A stretch of 64,000 nucleotides of DNA, taken from assembly GCF_003991155.1 (NCBI RefSeq), contig NZ_CP031293.1; one strand, 5' to 3'. Source of the DNA: Escherichia coli (GTDB lineage: Bacteria; Pseudomonadota; Gammaproteobacteria; Enterobacterales; Enterobacteriaceae). Below, piece by piece: positions 29,246-42,517 of the stretch; position 1 is the first letter of the stretch, and each line of letters begins with the position of its first letter. The notes beneath the pieces are model-generated. The model worked only from the letters and a program-made list of their open reading frames with translations. It did no database searches and was not told where the DNA came from. The position numbers and the translations under genes were made by a program.

Positions 29246-30535
29246 ATGAAAGTATTAGTGATCGGTAATGGCGGGCGCGAGCACGCGCTGGCCTGGAAAG
29301 CGGCGCAGTCGCCGCTGGTTGAAACTGTTTTTGTTGCTCCGGGTAACGCAGGCACTGCGCTGGAACCTGCACTGCAAAACGTCGATATCGGCGTAACCGA
29401 TATCCCGGCGCTGCTGGATTTCGCACAAAACGAAAAGGTAGATCTAACCATCGTCGGCCCGGAAGCGCCGCTGGTGAAAGGCGTGGTTGACACCTTCCGC
29501 GCCGCCGGGCTGAAAATCTTCGGCCCAACCGCAGGTGCGGCCCAACTGGAAGGCTCAAAAGCGTTTACCAAAGATTTCCTGGCCCGCCATAAGATCCCTA
29601 CGGCGGAATACCAGAACTTCACCGAGGTAGAACCTGCGCTGGCGTATCTGCGTGAGAAAGGCGCGCCAATCGTCATTAAAGCTGACGGTCTGGCTGCCGG
29701 GAAAGGCGTTATCGTGGCGATGACGCAGGAAGAAGCGGAAGCGGCTGTTCACGATATGCTGGCGGGCAACGCTTTTGGCGACGCGGGGCATCGCATCGTT
29801 ATCGAAGAGTTCCTCGACGGCGAAGAAGCGAGCTTTATCGTGATGGTGGACGGTGAGCATGTGCTGCCGATGGCCACCAGCCAGGATCACAAACGCGTAG
29901 GCGATAAAGATACCGGGCCGAACACCGGCGGGATGGGCGCTTACTCCCCTGCGCCAGTAGTGACCGATGAGGTTCATCAGCGCACGATGGAACGAATCAT
30001 CTGGCCAACCGTGAAAGGCATGGCGGCAGAAGGCAACACCTACACTGGTTTTCTCTACGCGGGCCTGATGATCGACAAACAGGGCAATCCGAAGGTTATT
30101 GAATTTAACTGCCGCTTTGGCGATCCAGAAACCCAACCGATTATGCTGCGCATGAAGTCCGATCTGGTTGAACTCTGCCTGGCAGCCTGTGAAGGCAAGC
30201 TGGACGAGAAAACGTCCGAGTGGGATGAACGCGCTTCTCTCGGCGTGGTGATGGCTGCGGGTGGATATCCGGGCGATTACCGCACCGGCGATGTGATCCA
30301 CGGCCTGCCGCTGGAAGAAGTGTCTGACGGCAAAGTGTTCCACGCGGGCACGAAACTGGCGGATGACGAGCAGGTAGTGACCAGCGGCGGGCGCGTACTG
30401 TGCGTCACCGCGCTGGGTCATACCGTGGCAGAAGCGCAGAAACGCGCTTATGCCTTAATGACCGATATCCATTGGGACGACTGCTTCTGCCGGAAAGATA
30501 TCGGCTGGCGCGCTATCGAACGCGAGCAGAACTAA
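29246..30535 (+). CDS. purD: Phosphoribosylamine-glycine ligase
   Basis: 429 aa; ATP-grasp; MKVLVIGNGGREHALAWK N-terminus. Confidence 0.95.
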   Translation: MKVLVIGNGGREHALAWKAAQSPLVETVFVAPGNAGTALEPALQNVDIGVTDIPALLDFAQNEKVDLTIVGPEAPLVKGVVDTFRAAGLKIFGPTAGAAQLEGSKAFTKDFLARHKIPTAEYQNFTEVEPALAYLREKGAPIVIKADGLAAGKGVIVAMTQEEAEAAVHDMLAGNAFGDAGHRIVIEEFLDGEEASFIVMVDGEHVLPMATSQDHKRVGDKDTGPNTGGMGAYSPAPVVTDEVHQRTMERIIWPTVKGMAAEGNTYTGFLYAGLMIDKQGNPKVIEFNCRFGDPETQPIMLRMKSDLVELCLAACEGKLDEKTSEWDERASLGVVMAAGGYPGDYRTGDVIHGLPLEEVSDGKVFHAGTKLADDEQVVTSGGRVLCVTALGHTVAEAQKRAYALMTDIHWDDCFCRKDIGWRAIEREQN

Positions 30536-31857
30536 CGCGACAGTTTTGCCAAGAGCGTTTTGCGCGTGATCCCTAACTGACGGGCGGCTTCGGTTTTGTT
30601 GCCGCCCGTTTTCTCCAGTGCCGCAAGAATCACCTCTTTTTCGACTTCCACCAGCGGCTGAATATCCTGACTTTGTACCAGCGGGATCGGCGTACTCGCA
30701 ATCGCCAGCGGCAGCTCGCGTTCGGAAATATATTCCCCGGTCAGCAGCACCACCGCCCGTTCCACCGCGTTTTCCAGTTCACGAATATTTCCCGGCCAGT
30801 CGTAGTGAATCAGCAGATCCATCGCCTGGGGCGTAAAACCTTTTACCGCCTTGCGATTACGCTCGGCAAAGCGCTGAAGAAAATGGTTTGCCAGCAGAGG
30901 AATATCTTCCCGCCGCTGACGCAGCGACGGAACTTCAATCGCCACCACGTTCAGGCGATAGTAGAGATCCTGGCGAAAACGCCCGGCATTCACCTCTGCG
31001 GCAAGATCGCGATGAGTCGCCGCAATCAGCCGGACATCAACCGAGATGGTCTGGTTGCTGCCGACACGCTGAACTTCGCGCTCCTGAATCGCACGCAGCA
31101 GACGAACCTGCATCATCGGCGAGATATCGCCAATTTCATCGAGAAACAGCGTGCCGCCGTCCGCCTCAACAAAGCGCCCTTCCCGCCGTTTGTCGGCTCC
31201 GGTAAACGCCCCTTTTTCGTGACCGAACAATTCAGATTCCAGCAAGGATTCGTTGAGTGCCGCACAGTTGAGCGTTACCAGTGGTTTTTCACTCCGTGCG
31301 CTACTGGCGTGAATCGCCCTGGCGACCAGCTCTTTACCGGTGCCGGAATCGCCGTGGATCAGCACTGTGGCTTCCGATGGCGCGACGAGGGCGATTTCAC
31401 TGAGCAGGTGTTGCATCGCCGGGCTTTTACCGACCATACCGAACTGGCTGGCAGACACCGCAGGCGTTTCAGCGTCAATACTGTGCGTATGCGCGAGCGC
31501 CTTTTCCAGCGTCGCCTGCAGGTTATCGAAATCCAGCGGCTTGATGAGATAATCCAGCGCCCCGGTTTTCAACGCCTCTACCGCCGTCTCGACGCTGGAG
31601 TACGCGGTCATAATCAGTACCGGAATTGCCGGATTTAACGCTTTGATCTCTTTGAGCGTGGCGATGCCGTCCATCTCTGCCATTCGCACATCGCAAAGCA
31701 CAAGATCAAAAACCTGTTCCCGCACCTGCTCCAGCGCCTGTCGCCCGCTGTTCGCCAGCGCGACGTTATAGCCCCAGCCGCGCAGCAAAGCCTGCAAAAT
31801 AGTGCAGTGGCTAATGTCATCATCCACCACCAGAATATCGATATTATCGTGCGTCAT
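30532..31857 (-). CDS. zraR: Sigma54-dependent two-component response regulator ZraR (HydG)
   Basis: 441 aa; receiver domain, AAA+ sigma54-activator motifs (GESGTGKE, GAFTGA) and C-terminal HTH. Confidence 0.9.
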   Translation of the reverse strand: MTHDNIDILVVDDDISHCTILQALLRGWGYNVALANSGRQALEQVREQVFDLVLCDVRMAEMDGIATLKEIKALNPAIPVLIMTAYSSVETAVEALKTGALDYLIKPLDFDNLQATLEKALAHTHSIDAETPAVSASQFGMVGKSPAMQHLLSEIALVAPSEATVLIHGDSGTGKELVARAIHASSARSEKPLVTLNCAALNESLLESELFGHEKGAFTGADKRREGRFVEADGGTLFLDEIGDISPMMQVRLLRAIQEREVQRVGSNQTISVDVRLIAATHRDLAAEVNAGRFRQDLYYRLNVVAIEVPSLRQRREDIPLLANHFLQRFAERNRKAVKGFTPQAMDLLIHYDWPGNIRELENAVERAVVLLTGEYISERELPLAIASTPIPLVQSQDIQPLVEVEKEVILAALEKTGGNKTEAARQLGITRKTLLAKLSR

Positions 31858-33230
31858 CCTTGTGGGTCCTTACGCGTAATATTGACCGGAAGCCAGAGGG
31901 TGAACGTTGCGCCTTTTCCCTCCTGGCTTGCGACCTGAATTGTACCACCGTGTTGTTCAACAATATTATGCACGACCGCCAGCCCCAGTCCGGTGCCTTC
32001 GGCTTTGGTGGTGAAGTACGGGGTGAAGATGGCTTCAAGCTGATCTGCCGCAATTCCCTTACCGCTGTCGGTAACGCTGATTTTCACACCCGTGCCGCTT
32101 TCGCTGGCCGTCACGCTAATCACGCCATGCTGACCAATCGCCTGAATAGCATTGAGATAGAGATTCAACAGGACCTGAGTCAGCCTGTCCGGATCGGCCT
32201 GAATTTCCGGTAATGTGTCGTTGGCGGTAAAGCGTAACTGGATCTCCCGGCTGTTTGCATCCTGGCTTACCAGCTGTAATGAGTGGTTAATCAGCGTGTT
32301 GAGATCCACCGCCTGCAAAGCCAGATGCGTTGGCTTAACCAGTTCCAGCAACTCGCTTACCACGCGGTTTAAACGGTCGGCTTCTTTCGCCATCACCTGC
32401 GCCAATTGATGCGCTTCTCCCCCTGCTGGCGCGCGTTCGGCAAAGTATTTCGCCAGTCCTTTAATCGAGGAAAGTGGGTTACGGATTTCGTGGGCAACGC
32501 CTGCCGCAAGATGCCCCAGCGCCACCAGCTTCTCTTTGCGCTTCATTTCATCTTGTAGAAGCTGGCGCGAGCGCAGATAGCGGCGATACCAGAAGAATGA
32601 CAATACGCTTGCCAGCAAGACCGTCGCCAGGGCGAAGAGGATAATCAGGGTGTTTCTCTGCTCACGATCTTCGGCACTCACAATATTACTGGCGTCGAAA
32701 GCGATGAAAATTGCTTGTGGTGTTGCGGCATACTGCTGCATATGGCGCATCCGGTGCATTCCAGCAGCAAACATCGGTTGAAACTGGCGATAAATTTCCA
32801 GAACAGGCTCGCCGTCTGCGCTATCGATCCGCCGCCACGCTTCTTCATCTCCAGGATGTAACTGCTGCATTTCCTGCGGGGAATAAAGCTGTTTTCCCAC
32901 CATGCCGGAGTTGCTATGCATCACGATTGTTCCTTGTTCATCCGTGACCGCAAACCAACGTACTCCAGGCTGCCCGGCCATTTCTTCCAGTAAGGCCTGC
33001 TGCTGCGCATGATGCATGCGCATCCCCATGCCGACGCGCGAGCCGGATTCAAGAGCGCGAATAAGTACACTGCCTTTTTCCAGCAGCGTTTGTCTGGCGG
33101 CGGCAGTCTCGCGCCCATAATCGCGAATCACCGTCACCGCAAACAACCCTACCAGCCCAACAATGACCACGGGGAGGATCGCGCTTAACCATTTAGCTAA
33201 GGAGTCTTTAGAACGTTGCATAAAACGCAT
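31854..33230 (-). CDS. zraS: Sensor histidine kinase ZraS (HydH)
   Basis: 458 aa; two TM segments, H-box HEIRNPL, HATPase_c G-boxes; stop overlaps zraR start. Confidence 0.9.
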   Translation of the reverse strand: MRFMQRSKDSLAKWLSAILPVVIVGLVGLFAVTVIRDYGRETAAARQTLLEKGSVLIRALESGSRVGMGMRMHHAQQQALLEEMAGQPGVRWFAVTDEQGTIVMHSNSGMVGKQLYSPQEMQQLHPGDEEAWRRIDSADGEPVLEIYRQFQPMFAAGMHRMRHMQQYAATPQAIFIAFDASNIVSAEDREQRNTLIILFALATVLLASVLSFFWYRRYLRSRQLLQDEMKRKEKLVALGHLAAGVAHEIRNPLSSIKGLAKYFAERAPAGGEAHQLAQVMAKEADRLNRVVSELLELVKPTHLALQAVDLNTLINHSLQLVSQDANSREIQLRFTANDTLPEIQADPDRLTQVLLNLYLNAIQAIGQHGVISVTASESGTGVKISVTDSGKGIAADQLEAIFTPYFTTKAEGTGLGLAVVHNIVEQHGGTIQVASQEGKGATFTLWLPVNITRKDPQG

Positions 33231-33258
33231 CTTCTTTGCCTGCTCATCCCTTTCTGAC

Positions 33259-33274
33259 AGCAGAAATCATGCCA
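33259..33274 (-). promoter_or_regulatory. Candidate sigma54 (-24/-12) promoter of zraSR
   Basis: Minus strand TGGCAT-N5-CTGCT upstream of zraS. Confidence 0.45.
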
Positions 33275-33413
33275 TCTTTTATCAGCGCTTACCCTGCGCT
33301 GTAACACAAAGGCTTAAGTTTCAATGAGTAAAAATGACTCGCTACCCGCAGCAGGCGAGTCATTTTTACTCGTTTATCATGCCAGATTACCCGTCATATC
33401 AGCGTTTCATCGT

Positions 33414-33430
33414 TGGCACGGAAGATGCAA
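33414..33430 (+). promoter_or_regulatory. Sigma54 (-24/-12) promoter of zraP
   Basis: TGGCAC-GGAAG-ATGCA upstream of zraP, divergent from zraSR. Confidence 0.6.
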
Positions 33431-33464
33431 TACCCGAAGTAAGACAACCACTGGAGGATTAACC

Positions 33465-33890
33465 ATGAAACGGAACACGAAAATTGCCCTGGTAATGATG
33501 GCGCTTTCAGCAATGGCGATGGGATCGACATCTGCATTTGCTCACGGCGGACACGGTATGTGGCAGCAAAATGCCGCGCCTTTGACCAGCGAACAACAGA
33601 CAGCGTGGCAGAAAATCCATAATGACTTTTACGCTCAAAGCAGCGCACTGCAACAGCAACTGGTGACGAAGCGTTATGAATACAATGCCCTGTTAGCCGC
33701 GAACCCACCGGATAGCAGCAAAATTAACGCGGTCGCCAAAGAGATGGAGAATTTGCGTCAGTCGTTAGATGAGTTACGGGTGAAACGAGATATTGCGATG
33801 GCTGAAGCGGGTATTCCGCGCGGTACCGGAATGGGCATGGGTTACGGTGGTTGCGATGGTGGCGGTCATATGGGTATGGGCCACTGGTAA
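33465..33890 (+). CDS. zraP: Periplasmic zinc-associated stress protein ZraP
   Basis: ORF 33324-33890; start ATG 33465 (MKRNTKIALVMMALSAMAMG signal peptide) after GGAGGA; Gly/Met/His-rich C-terminus. Confidence 0.85.
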   Translation: MKRNTKIALVMMALSAMAMGSTSAFAHGGHGMWQQNAAPLTSEQQTAWQKIHNDFYAQSSALQQQLVTKRYEYNALLAANPPDSSKINAVAKEMENLRQSLDELRVKRDIAMAEAGIPRGTGMGMGYGGCDGGGHMGMGHW

Positions 33891-33891
33891 A

Positions 33892-34593
33892 TCAGAACGT
33901 TTTCTCGTTGGGTTGCCAGCGACAGAAATCAGAGTTTGCCACCAACAGTAATTGCGAACCTTCGGGCGCTTCCAGCCATGCCACGCTGACATCAACAGAA
34001 GAGCGGCTCTGGCGGCGCTCGATATGCGCTATCGCCTGCGAATCTAAATCAGGTTTAATGGTTTGCCCTTCGCAGGTGGTCACGGTCTGTTCCATCGCAT
34101 GCCAGCGCCCCTGGCGCAGCACGACTCTCCCCTGACGTAAGGCATCGCTAATCTGGCGGATCTGATCAGCACGATAACGGTATAAATCGATTTGGTCGTT
34201 AGAAAGCTGCTGCTTTTCCCCATCGGATTCACGTTGCATAAAGCTCAGATCGCCGCGATCGTCAAAACGCGCGCGAATGTTCACCGGCGGTTTGCTGTAA
34301 ACATTGATATTGATGAGCGTGAGGTTATCGCCCTGCCAGCGATACTCTCGCGTGGTGGTATCGCCACTGCGCCACGGGCTAAACACGGCAAGCAGATGCA
34401 CATTATCGCCGCTGTCTTTTCGCCAGATGCGTACCGCGCCCTGGTCTTCAGCAAATCCACTGGCGGTAAAGGGAGGAAGTGAAGAGTTGTGACTACAGGC
34501 AGTGAGAAACAGAACGCCTGCCAGCATCAATGATCGACGCCAGAAAGACAAAAGGGGTGAAACCACCCCTTCGTTAAAACTGTTCACTGCCAC
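33892..34593 (-). CDS. yjaH: Conserved putative lipoprotein (start uncertain, probably internal to this ORF)
   Basis: 233-aa ORF; lipobox-like LFLTAC after hydrophobic stretch; hupA terminator hairpin lies in the ORF 5' end, suggesting real start near 34527-34566. Confidence 0.6.
   Translation of the reverse strand: MAVNSFNEGVVSPLLSFWRRSLMLAGVLFLTACSHNSSLPPFTASGFAEDQGAVRIWRKDSGDNVHLLAVFSPWRSGDTTTREYRWQGDNLTLININVYSKPPVNIRARFDDRGDLSFMQRESDGEKQQLSNDQIDLYRYRADQIRQISDALRQGRVVLRQGRWHAMEQTVTTCEGQTIKPDLDSQAIAHIERRQSRSSVDVSVAWLEAPEGSQLLLVANSDFCRWQPNEKTF
34551..34585 (-). terminator. Rho-independent terminator of hupA
   Basis: Minus-strand hairpin GGGGTGGTTTCACCCC followed by TTTTGTCTTTCT. Confidence 0.65.
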
Positions 34594-34599
34594 GCAATC

Positions 34600-34872
34600 T
34601 TACTTAACTGCGTCTTTCAGTGCCTTGCCAGAAACAAATGCCGGTACGTTAGCAGCGGCAATTTTGATTTCTTTACCGGTCTGCGGGTTGCGGCCAGTAC
34701 GCTCAGCGCGGTGGTTCACTTTGAAGGTACCGAAACCAACCAGTTGTACAGCATCGCCTTCTTTCAGAGACTCAGTAATTGCAGCCAGAGTGGACTCCAG
34801 AGCAGCTTTAGCCTGGGTTTTGGACAGTTCTGCTTTCTCTGCAATTACATCAATCAGTTGAGTCTTGTTCAT
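34600..34872 (-). CDS. hupA: DNA-binding protein HU-alpha
   Basis: 90 aa; [26 protein letters not shown]...[31 protein letters not shown]. Confidence 0.95.
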
Positions 34873-35058
34873 AAGTTATCCTTACAATGTGTTTATCGCT
34901 TGCTAAGCATCGAGTGCGACGGAAATGCCAGAATAGCACTCTCCTGCATACACGCACCGATAGCCACTTTTTTTCGCCCCCCAAATGTAGACCAGACGGG
35001 GGGCGAAAGGGAAGACTCCAGGTACGACAAATCAGGCGTTAAATCACGTTTTCTGGTC

Positions 35059-35649
35059 TTATTGCTGAAAAATTATACCAATATTGCTCTCACCCGCCTC
35101 ACGCAGGTCTGCCCTAAGGCCTTTTATCAGCTCGATATCGCGTTCTTCGCACTCAGCTAAAAGTCGGAATATTTCCCACTGAATGTCCCATTCTTGCTCT
35201 ACAGCTGGGTTTTCTTTGAGCTCTTCATCGCTCATTTCGCGACCAGCCTGAGTCATTTCCAGCATCGCAACGGTCGTGATGGAGGTCTTACTCACTTCCA
35301 CCGCGTGTTCGAGCGTTTCACCACTCAAACGCGAATGGACCAGTTCACTTAACGCCACGCATGCATCGATTGCCGGATAAACGCCGTACAGATCGAAATC
35401 ATCGGCTGAAGGAATCGCTTCTTCAAATTTCTCCAGTTGGCTGTCGAAATTTACTTTTGCGTCTTTGACGGTCAGCGTTTCCCAGATGAGATCGAGAATG
35501 CGGCGGTAAATCTGCCCATCACCAAAACCAGTTTGCTGACAGAATACGGCGTAATTAGGGTACATGCGTTCGCATAAGCAGGCCATAAAAGTGACGTGCT
35601 GCCAGCTTTCCAGGCGCTCCAGACGCAGATGAATTGGGTTTTGTAACAT
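35059..35649 (-). CDS. yjaG: Conserved protein of unknown function (DUF416-like)
   Basis: 196 aa; conserved position between nfi and hupA. Confidence 0.75.
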   Translation of the reverse strand: MLQNPIHLRLERLESWQHVTFMACLCERMYPNYAVFCQQTGFGDGQIYRRILDLIWETLTVKDAKVNFDSQLEKFEEAIPSADDFDLYGVYPAIDACVALSELVHSRLSGETLEHAVEVSKTSITTVAMLEMTQAGREMSDEELKENPAVEQEWDIQWEIFRLLAECEERDIELIKGLRADLREAGESNIGIIFQQ

Positions 35650-35691
35650 GTTGAGTTCTCAAATACGGAAATTATCCGCAGTTTACCTGAA

Positions 35692-36363
35692 TTAGGGCTG
35701 ATTTGCTGTATAGCGCACGAACGCCGGACGTTCCGAGGCCACCGCGTCCGCCCAGCGCGTTGGCTCCGGCAGACGATAGCCTTTCATGCAGCGTTGTACC
35801 CACGCCAGCGCGCTGTCCACGCTAACCCGATGGCCGGTAGCGATAAACAATGGGTTACAGCGCGCTTTGCTGCGCCAGACCCAGGCCAGCTGCTCGCCTT
35901 TATCCATCAGTGGGGCCAGCGCGCCCGGTTCGCTGGAGAGCGGTTCGAATTTACCGCAGAGCCGTTTTTTCGCCACGCCTATCGTTGGCACATCCACCAA
36001 TAAGCCAAAATGGCTGGCGACACCAAGACGGCGAGGATGCGAGATCCCGTGACCATCGACAAACACTAAATCCGGCTTTTGTGACAGCATCTCCCACGCT
36101 GCCAGCAGCGCAGGATATTCGCGGAAGGAGAGAAAACCTGGAATATAAGGCATGGTGGTGGCGATGCGGGCCACTTTATACTCCACCAGCTCAAGCGAGG
36201 GGTATTTCAGCAGCACCATCGCCGCTCGCGTCACTTCTCCGCCCTGCTCAAATCCGACATCGGCTCCGGCGATCAGATCCGGTGGATCTTTATCGAGTCG
36301 ATCCTCGCGGATCACAGAAGAAGCCAGTTCGATTTGTTGAGCGCGTAATGACGCGAGATCCAT
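35692..36363 (-). CDS. nfi: Endonuclease V
   Basis: 223 aa; conserved position downstream of hemE. Confidence 0.85.
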
Positions 36364-36372
36364 AATCGCTCC

Positions 36373-37437
36373 TTAGCGGTGATACTGTTCAGACAAGCGA
36401 TGCACTGCCTCCACAAACACGCCAGCATGTTCTGGCGGCACATCCTGATGAATGCCGTGACCAAGGTTAAAGACATGACCTTCGCCGTGACCGAAACCGG
36501 CAAGTATAGTCGCAACTTCTTCTTCAATGCGGGCAGGCGGTGCGTACAGCATCGACGGATCCATATTACCCTGCAACGCGACTTTATTGCCCACGCGGCG
36601 GCGCGCATCGGCGATGTCCGTTGTCCAGTCGAGGCCCAGCGCATCGCAACCGGTTTCTGCCATCGCTTCCAGCCACTGTCCGCCACCTTTGGTAAACAGC
36701 GTGACCGGTACGCGGCGACCGTCGTTTTCACGCAGTAAACCATCAACAATTTTATGCATGTAATAGAGCGAGAACTGTTGATAATCGCGCCCGGTAAGCA
36801 CGCCGCCCCAGGTGTCGAAAATCATCACTGCCTGAGCACCGGCTTTAATCTGCGCATTCAGATACAAAGTGACGCTTTTCGCCAGTTTATCGAGTAGCGC
36901 GTGCAGCGCCTGCGGATCGGCATACATCATTTTTTTGATCACGGTGAAGGCTTTGCTGCTGCCGCCTTCCACCATGTAGGTCGCCAGCGTCCACGGGCTG
37001 CCAGAAAAACCAATCAGCGGCACTTCGCCTTTCAGTTCGCGACGAATGGTACGCACCGCGTTCATCACGTAACCCAGCTCATCTTCCGGGTCCGGAATTG
37101 GCAGTTTATCGACGTCGGCTTTGCAGGTGACTGGCGAGGTAAAACGCGGACCTTCTCCGGCTTCAAAATAGAGCCCTAACCCCATCGCGTCCGGCACGGT
37201 GAGGATATCGGAAAAGAGGATCGCCGCATCCAGCGGGTAGCGACGCAGCGGTTGCAAAGTCACTTCGCACGCCAGCTCGGCGTTTTTGCACAGCGACATA
37301 AAATCGCCCGCCTGGGCGCGCGTGGCTTTATATTCCGGTAGATAGCGACCCGCCTGGCGCATCATCCATACTGGAGTGACATCAACGGGCTGGCGCAGCA
37401 GCGCCCGCAGATAACGATCGTTTTTAAGTTCGGTCAT
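36373..37437 (-). CDS. hemE: Uroporphyrinogen decarboxylase
   Basis: 354 aa; [37 protein letters not shown]-terminus. Confidence 0.95.
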   Translation of the reverse strand: MTELKNDRYLRALLRQPVDVTPVWMMRQAGRYLPEYKATRAQAGDFMSLCKNAELACEVTLQPLRRYPLDAAILFSDILTVPDAMGLGLYFEAGEGPRFTSPVTCKADVDKLPIPDPEDELGYVMNAVRTIRRELKGEVPLIGFSGSPWTLATYMVEGGSSKAFTVIKKMMYADPQALHALLDKLAKSVTLYLNAQIKAGAQAVMIFDTWGGVLTGRDYQQFSLYYMHKIVDGLLRENDGRRVPVTLFTKGGGQWLEAMAETGCDALGLDWTTDIADARRRVGNKVALQGNMDPSMLYAPPARIEEEVATILAGFGHGEGHVFNLGHGIHQDVPPEHAGVFVEAVHRLSEQYHR

Positions 37438-37476
37438 TTTGGCTGTTCCTTAGTGCGTCAGGCGGTCAGTGTATCA

Positions 37477-38250
37477 TCACTCATACTCTGCCCGACACAT
37501 CGCCACTGTATCTTCTATCAGACGGCGCGCTACGGTGCCGGGCGGCGGGAGTAACGGCAAATCGTCATAGCGATACCAGTTCGCCTCAAGCAATTCTTTC
37601 GGGTCGATCACGATCTCGCCGCTGTCATATTCCGCCATAAACGCGGTCATTAAAGACTGAGGAAACGGCCACGGCTGGGAAGTCACGTAACGCAAGTTTT
37701 TAACTTTAATTCCGCTCTCTTCCATCACTTCCCGCGCGACAGCCTGCTCGAGGGTTTCGCCCACTTCGACGAATCCGGCAAGTACCGTATGGACACCGTT
37801 ACGATGGCTGGTATGCTGGGCGAGGAGGATCGAATCATCGCGACGGATGGCAACAATAATGCAGGGGGCGATTTGCGGGTAGTAACGCTCACGGCAATGG
37901 CTGCACAGCATCGCCCATTCGGTTTTACTTGGATACATTTCATGCCCGCAGTAACCACAGTATTTATGCGATCGGTAAAACTCTGCCAGTTGTACGCCTC
38001 GTCCGGCCAGTTGAAACAGCCCAACATCGAGATCAATGACCTGACGTACCGACCCCATATCGTGACGCCGCTGCTGTTGTACTAACCAAACAGGTTCCCC
38101 CTGCCATTCGCCGATTTGTAGTGCGCGCTGACCCACAAGATCGAAATTTGCCGCTTCGCCATATGGCAATTCTCCCTTCGGCAACCATAATTTTTGTTCA
38201 TGGCTGACGACCCACCAGCCGTGATCTAATTTTTCAATTATACGATCCAT
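37477..38250 (-). CDS. nudC: NADH pyrophosphatase (Nudix hydrolase)
   Basis: 257 aa; zinc-ribbon cysteines (CGYCGH...CSHC) and Nudix box. Confidence 0.9.
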   Translation of the reverse strand: MDRIIEKLDHGWWVVSHEQKLWLPKGELPYGEAANFDLVGQRALQIGEWQGEPVWLVQQQRRHDMGSVRQVIDLDVGLFQLAGRGVQLAEFYRSHKYCGYCGHEMYPSKTEWAMLCSHCRERYYPQIAPCIIVAIRRDDSILLAQHTSHRNGVHTVLAGFVEVGETLEQAVAREVMEESGIKVKNLRYVTSQPWPFPQSLMTAFMAEYDSGEIVIDPKELLEANWYRYDDLPLLPPPGTVARRLIEDTVAMCRAEYE

Positions 38251-38344
38251 AGCTCTTGCACTACCTTTGCATCACTGGCATGTTTAACATGGTTTTTACA
38301 TTTCTCACTGAGCAGTTTTTGAATACAAACTTGCGGAGTCAATC

Positions 38345-38821
38345 ATGCTTAACCAGCTCGATAACCTGACGGAGCGCGTCAGAGGAAGTAACAAACTGGT
38401 TGATCGCTGGCTACATGTACGTAAGCATCTGCTCGTGGCTTACTACAATCTGGTTGGCATTAAGCCTGGCAAAGAATCGTACATGAGGCTAAACGAAAAA
38501 GCCCTTGATGATTTTTGTCAGAGCCTGGTCGATTACTTGTCTGCCGGACATTTCAGTATTTATGAGCGCATTCTTCATAAACTGGAAGGCAATGGGCAAC
38601 TCGCACGCGCCGCGAAGATTTGGCCACAACTCGAAGCCAATACCCAACAGATTATGGATTACTACGATTCCAGCCTGGAAACCGCTATCGATCATGATAA
38701 TTACCTTGAGTTTCAACAGGTTTTATCTGACATCGGCGAGGCGCTGGAAGCGCGCTTTGTGCTGGAAGATAAGCTGATTCTGCTGGTGCTTGACGCCGCC
38801 CGCGTCAAACATCCTGCTTGA
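38345..38821 (+). CDS. rsd: Regulator of sigma D (anti-sigma70 factor)
   Basis: 158 aa; MLNQLDNLTERVRGSNKLVDRWL N-terminus. Confidence 0.9.
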   Translation: MLNQLDNLTERVRGSNKLVDRWLHVRKHLLVAYYNLVGIKPGKESYMRLNEKALDDFCQSLVDYLSAGHFSIYERILHKLEGNGQLARAAKIWPQLEANTQQIMDYYDSSLETAIDHDNYLEFQQVLSDIGEALEARFVLEDKLILLVLDAARVKHPA

Positions 38822-38859
38822 GTTCTGCGCTGTTAACGCGTAATTTACATTCAACGCCC

Positions 38860-39050
38860 CGTTTGTGGGGCTAATTTCTTGTCGGAGTGCCTTAACTGGC
38901 TGAGACCGTTTATTCGGGATCCGCGGAACCTGATCAGGCTAATACCTGCGAAGGGAACAAGAGTTAATCTGCTATCGCATCGCCTTTGCGGCGATCGTCT
39001 CTTGCTTCATCCGTCGTCTGACAAGCCACGTCCTTAACTTTTTGGAATGA
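38860..39050 (+). promoter_or_regulatory. TPP riboswitch (THI element) in thiC leader
   Basis: Conserved THI-box elements CTGAGA and AACCTGATCAGGCTAATACCTGCGAAGGGAAC about 100-180 nt upstream of thiC ATG. Confidence 0.85.
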
Positions 39051-40948
<1,898 letters not shown>

Positions 40949-40949
<1 letters not shown>

Positions 40950-41584
40950 TGTATCAGCCTGAGTTTCCTCCTGTACCCTTTCGTTTAGGACTGTACCCGG
41001 TGGTTGACAGCGTACAGTGGATCGAACGTCTGTTGGATGCAGGCGTACGTACTCTCCAGCTACGCATCAAAGATCGGCGCGATGAAGAGGTAGAAGCCGA
41101 TGTGGTGGCGGCAATTGCGCTGGGCCGCCGATATAACGCACGGCTGTTTATCAACGATTACTGGCGGCTGGCGATTAAGCATCAGGCATATGGCGTCCAT
41201 CTGGGACAGGAAGATTTGCAAGCCACCGATCTCGACGCTATCCGTACAGCGGGCCTGCGGCTGGGCGTTTCGACTCATGATGATATGGAAATCGACGTCG
41301 CGCTGGCGGCACGTCCTTCTTATATCGCGCTGGGACATGTGTTTCCGACACAAACCAAACAGATGCCTTCCGCACCGCAGGGGCTGGAACAGCTGGCACG
41401 GCATGTTGAGCGCCTGGTGGATTATCCCACCGTGGCGATTGGCGGTATCAGTCTGCCGCGCGCGCCTGCGGTGATAGCAACGGGTGTCGGCAGTATCGCC
41501 GTCGTCAGCGCCATTACTCAAGCCGCAGACTGGCGTTTGGCAACGGCACAGTTGCTGGAAATTGCAGGAGCTGGCGATGAATGA
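40949..41584 (+). CDS. thiE: Thiamine-phosphate synthase
   Basis: ORF 40946-41584; ATG 40949 ([20 protein letters not shown]), overlaps thiC stop. Confidence 0.9.
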
Positions 41585-42332
41585 CCGTGACTTTATGCGT
41601 TATAGCCGCCAAATCCTGCTCGACGATATCGCTCTGGACGGGCAGCAAAAACTGCTCGACAGCCAGGTGCTGATTATTGGTCTTGGCGGGCTGGGTACAC
41701 CTGCTGCGCTATACCTGGCGGGGGCTGGCGTCGGGACGCTGGTACTGGCAGATGACGACGATGTGCATTTAAGCAATCTGCAACGACAAATCCTCTTTAC
41801 CACTGAAGATATCGATCGCCCGAAATCACAGGTCAGCCAACAGCGACTGACACAGTTGAATCCCGACATTCAACTGATGGCATTACAACAACGATTAACG
41901 GGTGAGACGTTAAAAGATGCGGTTGCACAAGCCGATGTGGTGCTCGACTGTACTGACAATATGGCGACTCGCCAGGAGATTAATGCCACCTGCGTGGCAC
42001 TCAACACGCCGCTTATCACCGCCAGCGCGGTCGGATTTGGCGGTCAGTTGATGGTACTGACGCCGCCCTGGGAGCAGGGGTGTTACCGCTGCCTGTGGCC
42101 AGATAACCAGGAGCCAGAACGCAACTGCCGCACGGCGGGCGTGGTTGGCCCGGTGGTCGGGGTTATGGGCACTTTACAGGCACTGGAAGCGATTAAGTTA
42201 TTAAGCGGTATAGAGACGCCTGCGGGAGAACTCCGACTGTTCGACGGTAAATCGAGCCAGTGGCGCAGCCTGGCTTTGCGCCGCGCCAGCGGTTGCCCGG
42301 TATGTGGAGGATGCAATGCAGATCCTGTTTAA
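41577..42332 (+). CDS. thiF: ThiS adenylyltransferase (E1-like)
   Basis: ORF 41484-42332; start ATG 41577 ([15 protein letters not shown]) overlapping thiE stop; 251 aa. Confidence 0.9.
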   Translation: MNDRDFMRYSRQILLDDIALDGQQKLLDSQVLIIGLGGLGTPAALYLAGAGVGTLVLADDDDVHLSNLQRQILFTTEDIDRPKSQVSQQRLTQLNPDIQLMALQQRLTGETLKDAVAQADVVLDCTDNMATRQEINATCVALNTPLITASAVGFGGQLMVLTPPWEQGCYRCLWPDNQEPERNCRTAGVVGPVVGVMGTLQALEAIKLLSGIETPAGELRLFDGKSSQWRSLALRRASGCPVCGGCNADPV

Positions 42333-42516
42333 CGATCAACCGATGCAGTGTGTCGCCGGACTAACTGTTCACGAACTGCTGGAGCAACTCGATCAACAAC
42401 AAGCAGGTGCGGCACTGGCGATTAATCAGCAAATCGTCCCGCGGGAACAATGGGCGCAACATATCGTGCAGGATGGCGACCAGATCCTGCTTTTTCAGGT
42501 TATTGCAGGGGGTTGA
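42316..42516 (+). CDS. thiS: Sulfur carrier protein ThiS
   Basis: 66 aa; MQILFNDQ...QVIAGG with C-terminal Gly-Gly. Confidence 0.9.
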   Translation: MQILFNDQPMQCVAGLTVHELLEQLDQQQAGAALAINQQIVPREQWAQHIVQDGDQILLFQVIAGG

Positions 42517-42517
42517 G

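Noticed and set aside
27774-29558. 594-aa minus-strand ORF antisense to purH, and similar antisense ORFs opposite zraR (30673-31638), metH (10638-11261, 13509-14186), thiC (39459-40364) and rplA/rplK (61098-62099)
   Set aside because: All overlap well-supported genes on the other strand, lack ribosome-binding sites and have arbitrary composition; treated as shadow ORFs.
33774-33890. Gly/Met/His-rich C-terminal tail of ZraP (GMGMGYGGCDGGGHMGMGHW) that looks like a low-complexity repeat
   Set aside because: This metal-binding tail is a known property of ZraP, not a repeat expansion or sequencing artefact.
34975-35005. GC-rich inverted repeat CGCCCCCC-N15-GGGGGGCG between yjaG and hupA
   Set aside because: On the yjaG transcript the hairpin is followed by an A-run rather than a U-run, and on the plus strand it is preceded rather than followed by T's, so it is not a canonical intrinsic terminator. 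It sits in a conserved core intergenic region and is probably a structural element of the hupA upstream region.
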